Source: Nitrospirota bacterium (GTDB lineage: Bacteria > Nitrospirota > Nitrospiria > Nitrospirales > NS-4). From it: DNA of 64,000 nucleotides. The notes beneath the pieces are model-generated. The model was not told the origin of the DNA, did not search any database, and saw only the letters and a list, made by a program, of their open reading frames with translations. Shown one piece after another: positions 63,777 through 64,000 of this stretch. The stretch spans positions 12,134 through 76,133 of the forward strand of contig SCTG01000009.1 in NCBI GenBank assembly GCA_004298335.1. Direction: 5' to 3'. Each line of letters opens with the position of its first letter. Within the stretch, counting starts at the first letter, position 1. Position numbers and translations under genes: made by a program.

Positions 63777-64000
63777 TTACGCCCCCTTCTTGAGGCTGAG
63801 CATGTAGGCAGTGAGGTCGCTGAGTTGCTGCTCGTCCAGCGGGAATTTCGGCATGATCGAGCCCGGCGAGGTGGACTGTGGGTCGCGGAAGTGCTTGATC
63901 AGCCACGCGCGGTCCCGCTGGTCGCCGACGTAGGAGAGGTCCGGCCCGACCGCGCCGCCCGCGCCGTGGATCCGATGACAGGTGCTGCACTGAAATTTCT
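63777..64000 (-). CDS. c-type cytochrome (partial; N-terminus beyond the window end)
   Basis: Minus-strand frame not listed in the track: ...KFQCSTCHRIHGAGGAVGPDLSYVGDQRDRAWLIKHFRDPQSTSPGSIMPKFPL... with haem motif CSTCH and a distal Met (MPKF). Stop TAA at 63779-63777. Confidence 0.7.
   Translation of the reverse strand, partial: KFQCSTCHRIHGAGGAVGPDLSYVGDQRDRAWLIKHFRDPQSTSPGSIMPKFPLDEQQLSDLTAYMLSLKKGA

Noticed and set aside
63742-63990. The track ORF MQHLSSDPRRGRRG... (82 aa, minus strand).
   Set aside because: It is in the wrong frame. The adjacent minus-strand frame encodes a cytochrome c with a CSTCH haem motif running off the window end, so I reported that frame instead (63777..64000).

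Overview
High-GC (roughly mid-60s % by eye, not computed), densely coding chromosomal segment. It appears to come from a diderm bacterium, because it encodes an outer-membrane beta-barrel, MlaA, BON and many lipobox proteins. I call about 75 protein genes and 3 tRNAs. I found no rRNA, CRISPR array, transposase or integrase. Many long ORFs in the supplied track are antisense or 5'-extended artefacts of stop-codon-poor high-GC DNA, so I trimmed starts where an RBS, a signal peptide or stop/start coupling supports it. The housekeeping backbone is leuD-leuB, glnS, asd, queA, dinB, tRNA-Leu/tig/clpP/clpX/mtgA, a PiT phosphate transporter, putA, msrA and a Cam-type gamma carbonic anhydrase. Accessory content worth a second look: (1) a lone TIR-NB-ARC-TPR STAND NTPase (bacterial NLR-like, candidate anti-phage or abortive-infection sensor) in a visibly lower-GC single-gene insert between a peptidase gene and tatA; (2) a five-gene translationally coupled operon of circularly permuted ATP-grasp, alpha-E, Anbu proteasome homologue, transglutaminase and an HExxH polytopic membrane protein; (3) egtB-egtD (ergothioneine-type) translationally coupled to a complete quaternary-amine-type ABC importer; (4) a stop/start-coupled signalling operon of a membrane adenylate/guanylate cyclase fused to an HD-GYP domain whose HD dyad reads AD, a SHOCT lipoprotein and a TM-PAS sensor ending in a 4-Cys module, with a stand-alone paralogue of the sensor's membrane module upstream; the same 4-Cys module also ends a MASE1 sensor 30 kb away; (5) a near-perfect sigma54 promoter driving a secreted charged-repeat protein that shares a GLDRAD..AGEHG.QGR.NAR motif with a second small secreted protein. 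All functional calls rest on motif recognition by eye. No database search was run.
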